60,155 nucleotides of DNA from Patescibacteria group bacterium (GCA_015491245.1 WFWH01000027.1:1-60155), one strand, 5' to 3'. Positions 9,618 through 17,730 are shown, counted from the stretch's first letter. Notes: a model not told the origin generated them from the letters alone. Numbers and translations are program-made.

Positions 9618-9765
9618 ATGTGCCGGCCGGCGCGTGCGCCGTGTGGCGCCGTGTACGCACGGCAGCGCACGCTACCCCACAAAAGGCAAAAGCGCGCGGC
9701 GTTTATCCTTACACACCATCACACCTCCACAACCCCGCCCGCAGTGCGCTACACTGTAGGGGCGT

Positions 9766-12324
9766 ATGGCGCACGAGGCACCTCACCCCTCCCGCAAGGA
9801 GCACGCCGAAACCCCTTTGGGACCCGAAACGCACCCTGCACACCCTGCGGCGGCATCCTCCGGTATGGATCTCGCGCCGCGCCATCGCGCCCCTCTGGAG
9901 GCATTTGCCGAAACTGGGGATGTGAGCGTGCTCACGGAAGAGACAGCGCGCGCGGCGGGTGGCGCAGTATATGCCGCATGGAGGGAGCACAAAGAAGGCG
10001 CTCAGGAAAAACCGCAGCCGCCGCAGGGTGACCCTTTTTCGGTTCCCGCCGCGCTCTTGGAGGATGCGGGCATTCCGTTGGATTTTGTGTCGCGCTACCG
10101 CGAGGCGCCGCGAGAGACCCTGCGCACGCTCTACCGCCTCGCCGCGGCTCCCGTTGCGGGATTGCCCGAAGACCGGCGCGAGGAAGTGCGCATGGCGCGC
10201 GAGTGCGCCCTCTCCTGCATGGCGCACCTGGCACTCGAGGACCCGCACGCGGTGCGGGAGATGTTTGCGGCACTTGCGGTGCATGAGGCGTACGGCATGC
10301 GCGAGGTAGACGCGCTGCGCACGGTGTACCAAAAAATATTTTGGGAGTGCGCACGCGCGTGCAACCCGGATTTTCCGGATGAGCCGCCGTCGCCACGCGC
10401 GGCGCAATCCCTTCCGCCCCGCGCCGCCGATCTGTCGCGCGCATTTCTCGCGTTTGAGGAAGCGGCGCGTGCCATCACCGAGGGCGATCACGCATGGGAC
10501 GTTGCGGCAAACTACCTTGCCGTGCAGGCACTGAAAGAATTCGCCCGCGGGATACCCGATGCCGCGTCAGAAGATTTTTTTGACCTTTTTAATGCGGGGG
10601 TGGAAATAAACCTAGAAAATTTCTTTTCCCTGTGCCAATGGGGCGGCGCCGCTTTTTCCCACATTGATTGCGACCTGCATGCTCCGTTCCGTGTGAATAA
10701 AGAATATTGGGGGGTGTGGTCTTCCGATCTTTCTCACTTGTACGTACTTCCGGCCGCAGACGGAAAAAAAACGGGCAATGAGTATCTTGATGCGCTGGAC
10801 CGCGACGCGCGCTTGCTCCGCATGCTGCTTCTGTTTGATGTGTGTGAGGTATGCATGGATCCTAAGTGCCAAGAGCGCCGCGTAATCCCAGACGTGTTTG
10901 AAGAAACCGCAAATACGGACATCGATACACTCTTGGAAGAGATGAGGAAAGCGGGCGATCCGCTTGATAACGCGCGGCAGTTTGGCGAACGCACCCCGGA
11001 GGAGCTCCAGGACTTTATGACGTTCCATCGCGCGCACTTTCGCGAGGGCGTGGAGCGCGACCTCAATATCTCGCTTGAAGCGCTCAGCATTGAGGAGCAG
11101 TTTTACTTTCTTGACTACGCCAAAACCGTGCCGTGGGGCGAAGCGGAGCGATTTAAGCAATTCGTCAGAACCTACGGCATAGACGGGGCGCGCACCTTCC
11201 TTTCCCTGCGTGAAGACAAGGGGAGGGGGAGCGTTATCTTGGAGCTCGGCACTGCACTGCTGCGGGAAGAGGAAGCGCGGCGGCTCTTTGCGCAATATGC
11301 CGAACTCGTCGCAGCGTCGGAGCGCGCGGGCGAGGTGGTACGGCGCGCATTCGCCCATACGCGGCCGCGCGAGGCGTGCGGCACCGCGTGCCAGGCGCGC
11401 ATTGATGCGCTCGCCACAAAATTGCGCGCGTTTGCGTCTTCGCTCCTGCTCACGATCTACGCCAACGCTGTGTTGTACCAAAGTTGGAAAGGTGCGGTGG
11501 GGGTTCCCACAGCGCAGGCGCTGGAGGAGCTGGAAGACGTCTGCGGTACCTCCCTCTTGCTCGCCGAGGTATTCCGCCATGGTGCGTGCGAGGGAGCGCT
11601 CACACCCGAAGACCTCGGCGCTTCTTTTCGGCGCCTGCAGGGCCCCGCACTGGTGCGGGAAAAGCCCCACTGGGTGGAAAAAATGCGCGCGCTCATTGCG
11701 AAGAACTATGCGCACGAGCGCGCAGCGTTTCGCGCGGCAGTACTGCGGGGGTGGGAAAACGCACTTGCCTCAGAGGAGAGTGTCTTTTTCGTATTGGAAT
11801 TTGAAGACCGCATCATCGCCTTTGACCGGTTTGATTTCATGCGCGATGAGGAAGGGGCGCCAACCGGGCTCTATTTTGGTTCTTTTAACGTGGATACTAC
11901 CAATGCGCGCGGCGCACGCCTGGGCAGTTCCCTGTTGTCGGTGTCGCTGGGCTGGGCGAGAGAAGAGGCGGCGCGCAGGAAGGTTCCCCTTATCGCTCAC
12001 TGCGATCCCTACGCATTCATCACCGAAAAGTATCTGCGGGAGGGCTTTGCCGCGGTAGCGCGCGAGGATGTTGCCGGAAAGCCCAGCTGGCGCATTGCGT
12101 ATGATCCCGCCCGGCCCTGGAAGAGCAAACAGCTCTCGGAACAGGAGTTGGAGCATCATGCCGACGCGGAACGCGAGGAGAAAAACATCGCGGTATGGCG
12201 CCTGCCGGCCGGTGCGCCGCTCCCCCTGGCGCGTATAGATGCGCATTTGGCGCAGGGTATGGCGCTCACGCGCATTGTGCGCAACAGCGAGGGGGAGCGC
12301 CTGGTGGTGCTGGAGCGCCGCTAG
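9766..12324 (+). CDS. Large hypothetical protein (852 aa) with a possible C-terminal GNAT-like acetyltransferase fold
   Basis: Long ORF with ordinary composition. The C-terminal segment FVLEFEDRIIAFDRFDF...NARGARLGSSLLSVSLGWAREEA resembles the GNAT acetyl-CoA loop (R/Q-x-x-G-x-G/A). The rest is unrecognised. Confidence 0.6.
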   Translation: MAHEAPHPSRKEHAETPLGPETHPAHPAAASSGMDLAPRHRAPLEAFAETGDVSVLTEETARAAGGAVYAAWREHKEGAQEKPQPPQGDPFSVPAALLEDAGIPLDFVSRYREAPRETLRTLYRLAAAPVAGLPEDRREEVRMARECALSCMAHLALEDPHAVREMFAALAVHEAYGMREVDALRTVYQKIFWECARACNPDFPDEPPSPRAAQSLPPRAADLSRAFLAFEEAARAITEGDHAWDVAANYLAVQALKEFARGIPDAASEDFFDLFNAGVEINLENFFSLCQWGGAAFSHIDCDLHAPFRVNKEYWGVWSSDLSHLYVLPAADGKKTGNEYLDALDRDARLLRMLLLFDVCEVCMDPKCQERRVIPDVFEETANTDIDTLLEEMRKAGDPLDNARQFGERTPEELQDFMTFHRAHFREGVERDLNISLEALSIEEQFYFLDYAKTVPWGEAERFKQFVRTYGIDGARTFLSLREDKGRGSVILELGTALLREEEARRLFAQYAELVAASERAGEVVRRAFAHTRPREACGTACQARIDALATKLRAFASSLLLTIYANAVLYQSWKGAVGVPTAQALEELEDVCGTSLLLAEVFRHGACEGALTPEDLGASFRRLQGPALVREKPHWVEKMRALIAKNYAHERAAFRAAVLRGWENALASEESVFFVLEFEDRIIAFDRFDFMRDEEGAPTGLYFGSFNVDTTNARGARLGSSLLSVSLGWAREEAARRKVPLIAHCDPYAFITEKYLREGFAAVAREDVAGKPSWRIAYDPARPWKSKQLSEQELEHHADAEREEKNIAVWRLPAGAPLPLARIDAHLAQGMALTRIVRNSEGERLVVLERR

Positions 12325-13133
12325 CGCGCGGCGGCTCCTTCTTGCGCCGCGGTGCCGCCCTCGGAGAGCGGCACCGCGGCTTGCTCCCACATGACCTCAA
12401 AAAGCGCGCGATGCATGCGTGTGAGCGAGGGGTCCTCTATGATGATGCCGATGAGCTGCGCGGCGCCCAAGGTGAGGTAGGAGGTGGTGGCGTCATACAT
12501 TTGCATCACGGTATTGAACGCTTCCGGTGCGCCGCGCCACTTGATGACGCGCGTTTCGGTAATGCCCTCGGGGTAGTTCGCCAAAAAGCGCCGCGCAAAC
12601 GCCGAATCGGGGACGATGCCGCGCTTTTTAACCCCGCGCCGCTCTCGGCGCCGCACGTACTCGCGGTTGAGCGCGGGAATGTGCGTTTCAATGGCTTCCA
12701 AATCGGCGAACGAGTAAATGGTTTCCCGTGCGGAAAGCGAGTGCTCCAGCACCTCGCGCGCACCCTCTTTCCCCTCATAGAAGCGCACGCCCGGTTTGCC
12801 GCGCAAAAGGTTGTAGGCGCTGAAGAGCCGCGGGAGTGCCGCCATTGCCGCGCGGTACCGCGCTTCTTCCTGCGCGCGCGCTTTTTCCGCGAGTGCGGCG
12901 AGGCGCACGGGCGAGAGGGGGTGGAAGATTGCCACCTTGCCTTGCGGTTCCTCCTTTTTCACCAAGTGCAGCGCCTGGAGCTCTCCCAGTATTTTGTAGG
13001 CGTGCGTGCGTGCCAGGCCGGTGCGCGCGGCAATATCGCGCGCGCGCCCGGGGCCGCGGGCGAGCAGTGCCTCATACACCGCGCTCTGTTCGGCGGTGAG
13101 GGGTGGAAATGCGTCAGTGGGCGTGCGGGGCAT
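12321..13133 (-). CDS. TrmB-like winged-helix transcriptional regulator
   Basis: N-terminal wHTH LTAEQSAVYEALLARGPGRARDIAARTGLARTHAYKILGELQALHLVKK plus a C-terminal domain of TrmB-family size. It is divergent from the island promoter. Confidence 0.65.
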   Translation of the reverse strand: MPRTPTDAFPPLTAEQSAVYEALLARGPGRARDIAARTGLARTHAYKILGELQALHLVKKEEPQGKVAIFHPLSPVRLAALAEKARAQEEARYRAAMAALPRLFSAYNLLRGKPGVRFYEGKEGAREVLEHSLSARETIYSFADLEAIETHIPALNREYVRRRERRGVKKRGIVPDSAFARRFLANYPEGITETRVIKWRGAPEAFNTVMQMYDATTSYLTLGAAQLIGIIIEDPSLTRMHRALFEVMWEQAAVPLSEGGTAAQEGAAAR

Positions 13134-13145
13134 ACGAATATGTTA

Positions 13146-13173
13146 AGGATATATTGTTTTTGTCACGTGTCAA
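13146..13173 (-). promoter_or_regulatory. Possible promoter of the TrmB-like gene (TTGACA, 16 nt, TATCCT), near-leaderless
   Basis: The reverse complement of 13168-13173 is TTGACA and of 13146-13151 is TATCCT. The start codon lies at 13133-13131, so the 5' UTR would be only a few nt. Confidence 0.35.
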
Positions 13174-13259
13174 TGACAATTATGTGGATATATAAAAAGC
13201 TTTTTGAAAAGTTTTTGAGCCATTTTTATGTTTCAATAACTTTTATTGTACAAAAATAT

Positions 13260-13288
13260 TTGACAAAACACACGCATTTATGTATACT
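13260..13288 (+). promoter_or_regulatory. Sigma70-type promoter (TTGACA, 17 nt, TATACT) heading the island
   Basis: TTGACA at 13260-13265, a 17-nt spacer, TATACT at 13283-13288. It sits in the AT-rich divergent region. Confidence 0.6.
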
Positions 13289-13295
13289 TCTGCGC

Positions 13296-13863
13296 AGTTG
13301 ATGCAGTGGTGGATGCCTTGAGCGGCATGCCACCGCGCTTCTGAAAAACGGCAAAAAAGTTCCTTTTTCGCCATGGCACTACTTGCTACGCAAGTGGGCA
13401 CCTGTGCCGGAGGGGATGCCAAGAGGGCATTGCCTCCGGACCGGTGCCTGTTTGAGGACCGCCGCGCCGCAGGGTGCGTGCGCGCGCGGCAGTGAGCGTC
13501 GGGCGGCAGGAAGCACACTCCATGACTTTTTGCGATAACCGCATGCTTGCGGGTGTGTTCCTTGCGCCTTGTGCTTCTCCGCACCGCACGCTCGCTGCGG
13601 GATGCGCCGTGCACCTTTATGCACGCGCTGCGCCTATGCAGGACCGCCGCAGTTCTTTGACAGGTGCACTTCCTTGATCGCACTCCCGGCCCCCTTTTTT
13701 CAGGCTGCGGGGAGGGAATGTGCCGCGCGGGAGAGTCACCTCTGCCCGCCCGAGCAGCGCGCGTGCGCTTTTCGGGCGGGCAGAGGGTCTGCCCGCCCCT
13801 GCGCGCGGGGATGGCGCGCACTAACCGAGAGGCCGCCGCGCGGCAACGCGCGGCGGAACGGAA
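13296..13863 (+). ncRNA. ~570-nt GC-rich structured untranslated RNA (long 5' leader or independent ncRNA); family unknown
   Basis: No credible ORF. Many nested hairpins (13308-13334, 13407-13439). A 15-bp stem pairs 13739-13753 with 13772-13786, and its 3' arm can alternatively pair with 13788-13798. A 9-bp hairpin at 13833-13856 ends 8 nt before ATG 13864. Confidence 0.4.
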
Positions 13864-14310
13864 ATGGGCTACTCGTTGGTAAAAGGATCGCGCGGCAAAG
13901 CGCCGCGCTTCGCGATTTACGTGGGCTTGCGTGCGGGCTACGGCCCGAACGCAAAGACCCACACCCGCGACGAGGTGGTCGAGCTGGTGCTCAACCACCT
14001 CAAAAGGAAAGCCGCGTCCGGCGAGGAGTACCTCACCGGCATCGTCGATGACGGTGATGCCGAGGCGGTATACGCCTGGCCCGAGGGGCCGGGCAAGGCG
14101 GGGGGTGGCCACGAGCCACAGGTCACGTACAGCGGGAACGTCAACCCGCTGTACAACGCCTCGATGAGTCGCGAGGCCATCGAGGCATTCCTCAACGACC
14201 TCGCCGCCGAACTCGGCGAGGCCCTCGAGCAAACGAGGGTCTACGTGGAATTCGCGGGGGAGCAGTGGATCCTCCAAAAGGAGGGTTCCGAGACTCCGAC
14301 CGGCGAATGA
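13864..14310 (+). CDS. Island gene 1: hypothetical protein (148 aa)
   Basis: Balanced composition (PRFAIYVGLRAGYG, EAVYAWPEG, SREAIEAFLNDLAAELGEALEQTRVYVEFAGEQWILQ). Followed by two hairpins. No family recognised. Confidence 0.6.
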   Translation: MGYSLVKGSRGKAPRFAIYVGLRAGYGPNAKTHTRDEVVELVLNHLKRKAASGEEYLTGIVDDGDAEAVYAWPEGPGKAGGGHEPQVTYSGNVNPLYNASMSREAIEAFLNDLAAELGEALEQTRVYVEFAGEQWILQKEGSETPTGE

Positions 14311-14317
14311 TTCTTTT

Positions 14318-14398
14318 GCGGGCGGCGGCTTAAGCTGCCGCCTGCAAAAGACTCCTGCTGTTTTCGGCAAGGGGGGCGCCCCCCTTGCCGCTTTTATT
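14318..14398 (+). terminator. Two hairpins after gene 1; the second has a U-tract
   Basis: 14318-14345 is a 12-bp stem (two G-U) with a TTAA loop. 14365-14390 (cggcaagggggg/ccccccttgccg) is followed by CTTTTATT. Confidence 0.65.
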
Positions 14399-14572
14399 GA
14401 GCCGGCAATCGTGATTGCCGACTCATTGAGGTCTTTGAAATATCCATGCGTTAGCACCGCGGCCCTCACGAGCGGGTTCACCAGACTAATTGAGCTGATA
14501 GCCACTTCGTGAGGGCTGCATGGTGCGGCCCTGGTAATCGCCGGCCTACGGCGAAGCGGAAGGAGGAACGAG

Positions 14573-15166
14573 ATGAAAAAAATCGTTCTCGCCGGTCCGC
14601 CTCGGTCCGGCAAGAGTTGTTTGCGCGAGGGGCTGAAACAGGCCCTTCGCGCGATCCCGGGTGCGCCGTATCCGTACGTGATTACGGCATGCCCGGACGG
14701 AGAGGGGTCGTGGTTCCAGGAAACTGTGAACCGCGACCCGGAGCTCGCCGCGGCGTGCAAGGCCGCCTACAAGGCGAGCTTCACCCCGGAGTTCGTTCGC
14801 CGGGTGGCGGAGAGCGTACGCAAGTGCACGCTCCCGCTCACCCTGGTGGACATCGGTGGAATTCCGTCCGAGGAGAACAGGGTCATATGCAAAGATGCTA
14901 CCCACATTGTTCTCCTCGCCGGCAACGATCCTAAAACGGGGACACCGTGGAAGGATCGCCTGCCGGAGTGGCGGGAATTCGCCAAGGGGTTGGGGCTTGC
15001 CGTGGTGGCGGAGATCTTCTCCGACTACCACGGCAAGGAGGACGCCGTCTTGGGTGTGGGGTCCGACGGCGTTCTCCGCGGCTCGGTTCACTACCTTGAG
15101 AGGGGTGAGCCGGTCGCCGAGCGCCCGATGATTCGGGCGCTCGCCGAACACCTGCTCCAGCTCTAA
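14573..15166 (+). CDS. Island gene 2: small P-loop NTPase (197 aa), paralogous to the N-terminus of gene 4
   Basis: AGGAGG at 14561-14566. Walker A is GPPRSGKS and the Walker B-like strand is LTLVDIGG. It shares the motifs ACPDGEGSW, HIVLLAG, DGVLRGSVHYLERGEPVA with 15931..16480. Confidence 0.7.
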   Translation: MKKIVLAGPPRSGKSCLREGLKQALRAIPGAPYPYVITACPDGEGSWFQETVNRDPELAAACKAAYKASFTPEFVRRVAESVRKCTLPLTLVDIGGIPSEENRVICKDATHIVLLAGNDPKTGTPWKDRLPEWREFAKGLGLAVVAEIFSDYHGKEDAVLGVGSDGVLRGSVHYLERGEPVAERPMIRALAEHLLQL

Positions 15167-15314
15167 CACCGGGCCCGCTTCGGCCGTGAGTGGGGATCCG
15201 CGCGAAAACCATGCGCGCGGGAGGGACCCACAGAGCTGGGAGTGATCACCTGCTCCCAAAAATCTGAAACCCACGAGCCGACGGTGAAGCTCGCAAATCA
15301 GATGGGAGGCCATC

Positions 15315-15656
15315 ATGGCCTATTACAACATCTCTCCCACTCCCGCCATCGTCGCCGGCACGCCGGCGACCCTGTTCCGGGTCGGCTTCGGGGAGCCGGC
15401 CCAGAACGATAAGATTGTTCAGGCCGCCGAGGATCGCCTCGCCGAGTTCGCCGAGCTCGGGGGGGAGCTCGCCCTCATCAACGGGCCGGCTTCGCTGCCG
15501 GTGGCCGTGGTGCTCGCGCACCACATCGTCCACCGGTTCGCGGCCGTAGGGGTTTTCGACCCCAAGATGGCCGCGTATGTCGTCGCGGCCGCCCACGGCG
15601 GGCGGTACTCGGTCGGGGACGTAATCCCCGCCGAGACCGTCACCGAGGCGGCCTGA
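15315..15656 (+). CDS. Island gene 3: Csx3/Crn3-like protein (113 aa)
   Basis: The core LALINGPASLPVAVVLAHHIVHRFAAVGVFDPKMAAYVVAAAHGGRYSVGDVI resembles the Csx3 core as I recall it from A. fulgidus (GVVISGRGPIWLHCFLAHKYHHTPFVAVYDPRLGAVVV...GDVI). Similar size and a GGGAGG SD. Confidence 0.55.
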   Translation: MAYYNISPTPAIVAGTPATLFRVGFGEPAQNDKIVQAAEDRLAEFAELGGELALINGPASLPVAVVLAHHIVHRFAAVGVFDPKMAAYVVAAAHGGRYSVGDVIPAETVTEAA

Positions 15657-15813
15657 CGGCCTGAATCATTGGCTCGCCACCGATGAGTAACAGTTCTCCG
15701 AGTGGCGCTCGGAGTTGCGGTAAAAATCCTTCCGCGTAAAAGTATGGATGCGAGTTGATACCCGGGGAAGGGGCTCGCGAAAATAAAAACCCACAACCCC
15801 GGGGCCGTTTTTC

Positions 15814-15849
15814 GCGGGAGCCGCTAGGTTCCGGCTCCCGCTATCTTTT
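15814..15849 (+). terminator. Hairpin plus U-tract after gene 3
   Basis: gcgggagccg/cggctcccgc forms a 10-bp stem (15814-15841), followed by TATCTTTT. Confidence 0.55.
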
Positions 15850-15886
15850 GAGAACGCAAACATCGTTTGTGTTCTCAAAGAGATAG
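15841..15886. repeat. 46-nt near-perfect palindrome upstream of gene 4
   Basis: ctatcttttgagaac gcaaacatcgtttgt gttctcaaagagatag. The outer arms are complementary with one bulge, and the inner caaac/gtttg segments also pair. Confidence 0.6.
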
Positions 15887-15930
15887 TGTTCCTTAGTTTT
15901 GTTGCCGCCATGCGGCGGCAAGGAGGTGAG

Positions 15931-17628
15931 ATGAGAAAGGTGATTGTGTGCGGGCCGCCGCACAGCGGCAAGTCCGTCTTCTTGAGCAACCTCCAGCGGC
16001 TGCTCCCAACCGAGCATCATATGTTGATTTTCGGTGCTCCCGACGGGGAGTGGCACTGGAGTAATGAAGCGGACCAAAAACTCGTCCGCGAACTTCGCGC
16101 CAAGAAGGAGTTCACGGATGAGTGGTGCGACGGCATCCTTGCCGCTATCGCCAGCGTCGAGCAGCGGCTGGTGCTGGTGGATACGGGCGGCAAGCGGCTC
16201 CCGCCGAACGACCGGATATTCCAGTCGTGCGACGCTTTTATCGTCCTCTCTTCTTCTCCGGAAGAGAGGGAGGAATGGCGCCGCTACGGCGAGCGATTCG
16301 GATGCCGGTGCATCGCCGAGCTTGACTCGGTTCTGCACGGCGAATGCGAGCTCTATCCGCTCGCAGACGACGGCATCATTCGCGGGAGGATCACGGGGCT
16401 TGAGCGCGGGAAGACCGTTGCGTCTCCCGTGCTGGAGGCGGTTGCCGAGCGGCTTCGGAAGGTCATTGCGGCGAATGCCGAGATGACTGAAGCCGAGCTT
16501 CTCGCCAACATCAACGGCGCGAAGCTGGTTGACCACCTGGGTATTTCGGATCGCGATGATCCATACCTGGGTGTGCGCCCGTGGCACACCGCACCGGCGC
16601 TCAGGGTGGCGCGGGCGGCGCGGAAGTTGGAGGTCGTGCGGATATGGAACGTCCGCGCGAGCTTCCTGTCGTCCGCGTTTGCGGCGGCGCTCCCCGGCAG
16701 AGTGGAGCTCTTCGGCGTCTCCGAAGGGTATGTCCGCCTGCCGGAGGTGGCGCCGCGCGGCGACGGCGCGGGCAACCTTGAGTGGGAGATCACGGAGCTT
16801 CCGGACTTCACGGTCGTGGAGTATCGGAAGAACGGATTTTTCGCAAAGGAAATGCTCGCGGAGGTCGCCCCGCCGGCGGTCAGCGCCCGCAAGGGCGTGG
16901 TGCTGGCAACGGACGGCCCGCCGATCTGGCTGGACGCCACGATTGCACGAGCGTACGCCCGCGCGGGCATCCCGTGGATCGGGATGTTCGTGCCCGTGGA
17001 ATCCGGGCGCGCGCAGCCGTCGCTCGGCGGCCACCCGTGGGGCGAAGCATATCCCAAGGACGGGCCGTGCGTCGTCGTCCACGGCCCGGAGGAGCGGCTC
17101 GGGGAAGTGTTCCCTGTGCCGATCTCCATCCTCAAGTGGAACGGCGGCGGCCGGCAGTGGCGGCTTGGCTCGGGGGAGGTTGTGAAGGACCGGCCCAATA
17201 GCCATGTCGCCACACACACGACAGTCCTCCCCCTCCTTGCCGATGCTCTCTCGCGAGTATCGGCGCGCGGCCGTGCGTTCATCACCGAGGAGGTGCGTTT
17301 CAACCATATCGTCGGAGAGACGATATGCGTTGAGACAAAGCCGGGCGATGAAATCGTCTATGCGCGGCGGCCGAATCGCGCGGGGCTTACGCGGTTTGTC
17401 AAAAACCGCGCACCCGAGCCGTGCGACACGGTCACCGTATGCCTCAAGCGCGCCAAGGAGGGGCATTACACCCTCCTTACCGCGTTTGTGGGGCACCGCG
17501 CACCGGCCGAGCCGTGGGACAAAAGGTGGGTGACCGAGGAGTCGCGTGCTTTTTGGGCAACTCATGCGCTCGTATGGGGGCGCGAGGAGGTGGTACCGGG
17601 GACGGAGACCACCGTCTGTCCCTGGTAA
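15931..17628 (+). CDS. Island gene 4: fusion of P-loop NTPase, Csx3-like domain and an unknown C-terminal domain (565 aa)
   Basis: AGGAGG at 15921-15926 then ATG 15931. N-terminus MRKVIVCGPPHSGKS with LVLVDTGG. Middle segment LEWEITELPDFTVVEYRK...ARKGVVLATDGPPIWLDATIARAYARAGIPWIGMFVP...CVVVH is Csx3-like. The C-terminal ~170 aa (GETICVETKPGDEIVYARR, HYTLLTAFVGHRAPAEPWD, WATHALVW) are unrecognised. Confidence 0.65.
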   Translation: MRKVIVCGPPHSGKSVFLSNLQRLLPTEHHMLIFGAPDGEWHWSNEADQKLVRELRAKKEFTDEWCDGILAAIASVEQRLVLVDTGGKRLPPNDRIFQSCDAFIVLSSSPEEREEWRRYGERFGCRCIAELDSVLHGECELYPLADDGIIRGRITGLERGKTVASPVLEAVAERLRKVIAANAEMTEAELLANINGAKLVDHLGISDRDDPYLGVRPWHTAPALRVARAARKLEVVRIWNVRASFLSSAFAAALPGRVELFGVSEGYVRLPEVAPRGDGAGNLEWEITELPDFTVVEYRKNGFFAKEMLAEVAPPAVSARKGVVLATDGPPIWLDATIARAYARAGIPWIGMFVPVESGRAQPSLGGHPWGEAYPKDGPCVVVHGPEERLGEVFPVPISILKWNGGGRQWRLGSGEVVKDRPNSHVATHTTVLPLLADALSRVSARGRAFITEEVRFNHIVGETICVETKPGDEIVYARRPNRAGLTRFVKNRAPEPCDTVTVCLKRAKEGHYTLLTAFVGHRAPAEPWDKRWVTEESRAFWATHALVWGREEVVPGTETTVCPW

Positions 17629-17635
17629 AGCTTGT

Positions 17636-17674
17636 GTGCGTACGGAAGCCGTAGCTTCCGTACGCACCTTTATT
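17636..17674 (+). terminator. Intrinsic terminator after gene 4
   Basis: A 14-bp perfect stem gtgcgtacggaagc/gcttccgtacgcac with a CGTA loop, followed by CTTTATT. Confidence 0.7.
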
Positions 17675-17730
17675 CCGTGCATGACTGCAGTCGTGCACGG
17701 ATAGAGGTTCTTTGAAAGGAGGAGAAAAAC

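Noticed and set aside
13296-13863. Possible degenerate CRISPR array or retron msr/msd in the island leader
   Set aside because: Only short scattered repeats occur (for example ggaccgccgc at ~13456 and ~13641, and tctgcccgccc twice). There is no regular repeat-spacer periodicity. No reverse transcriptase or cas gene lies nearby.
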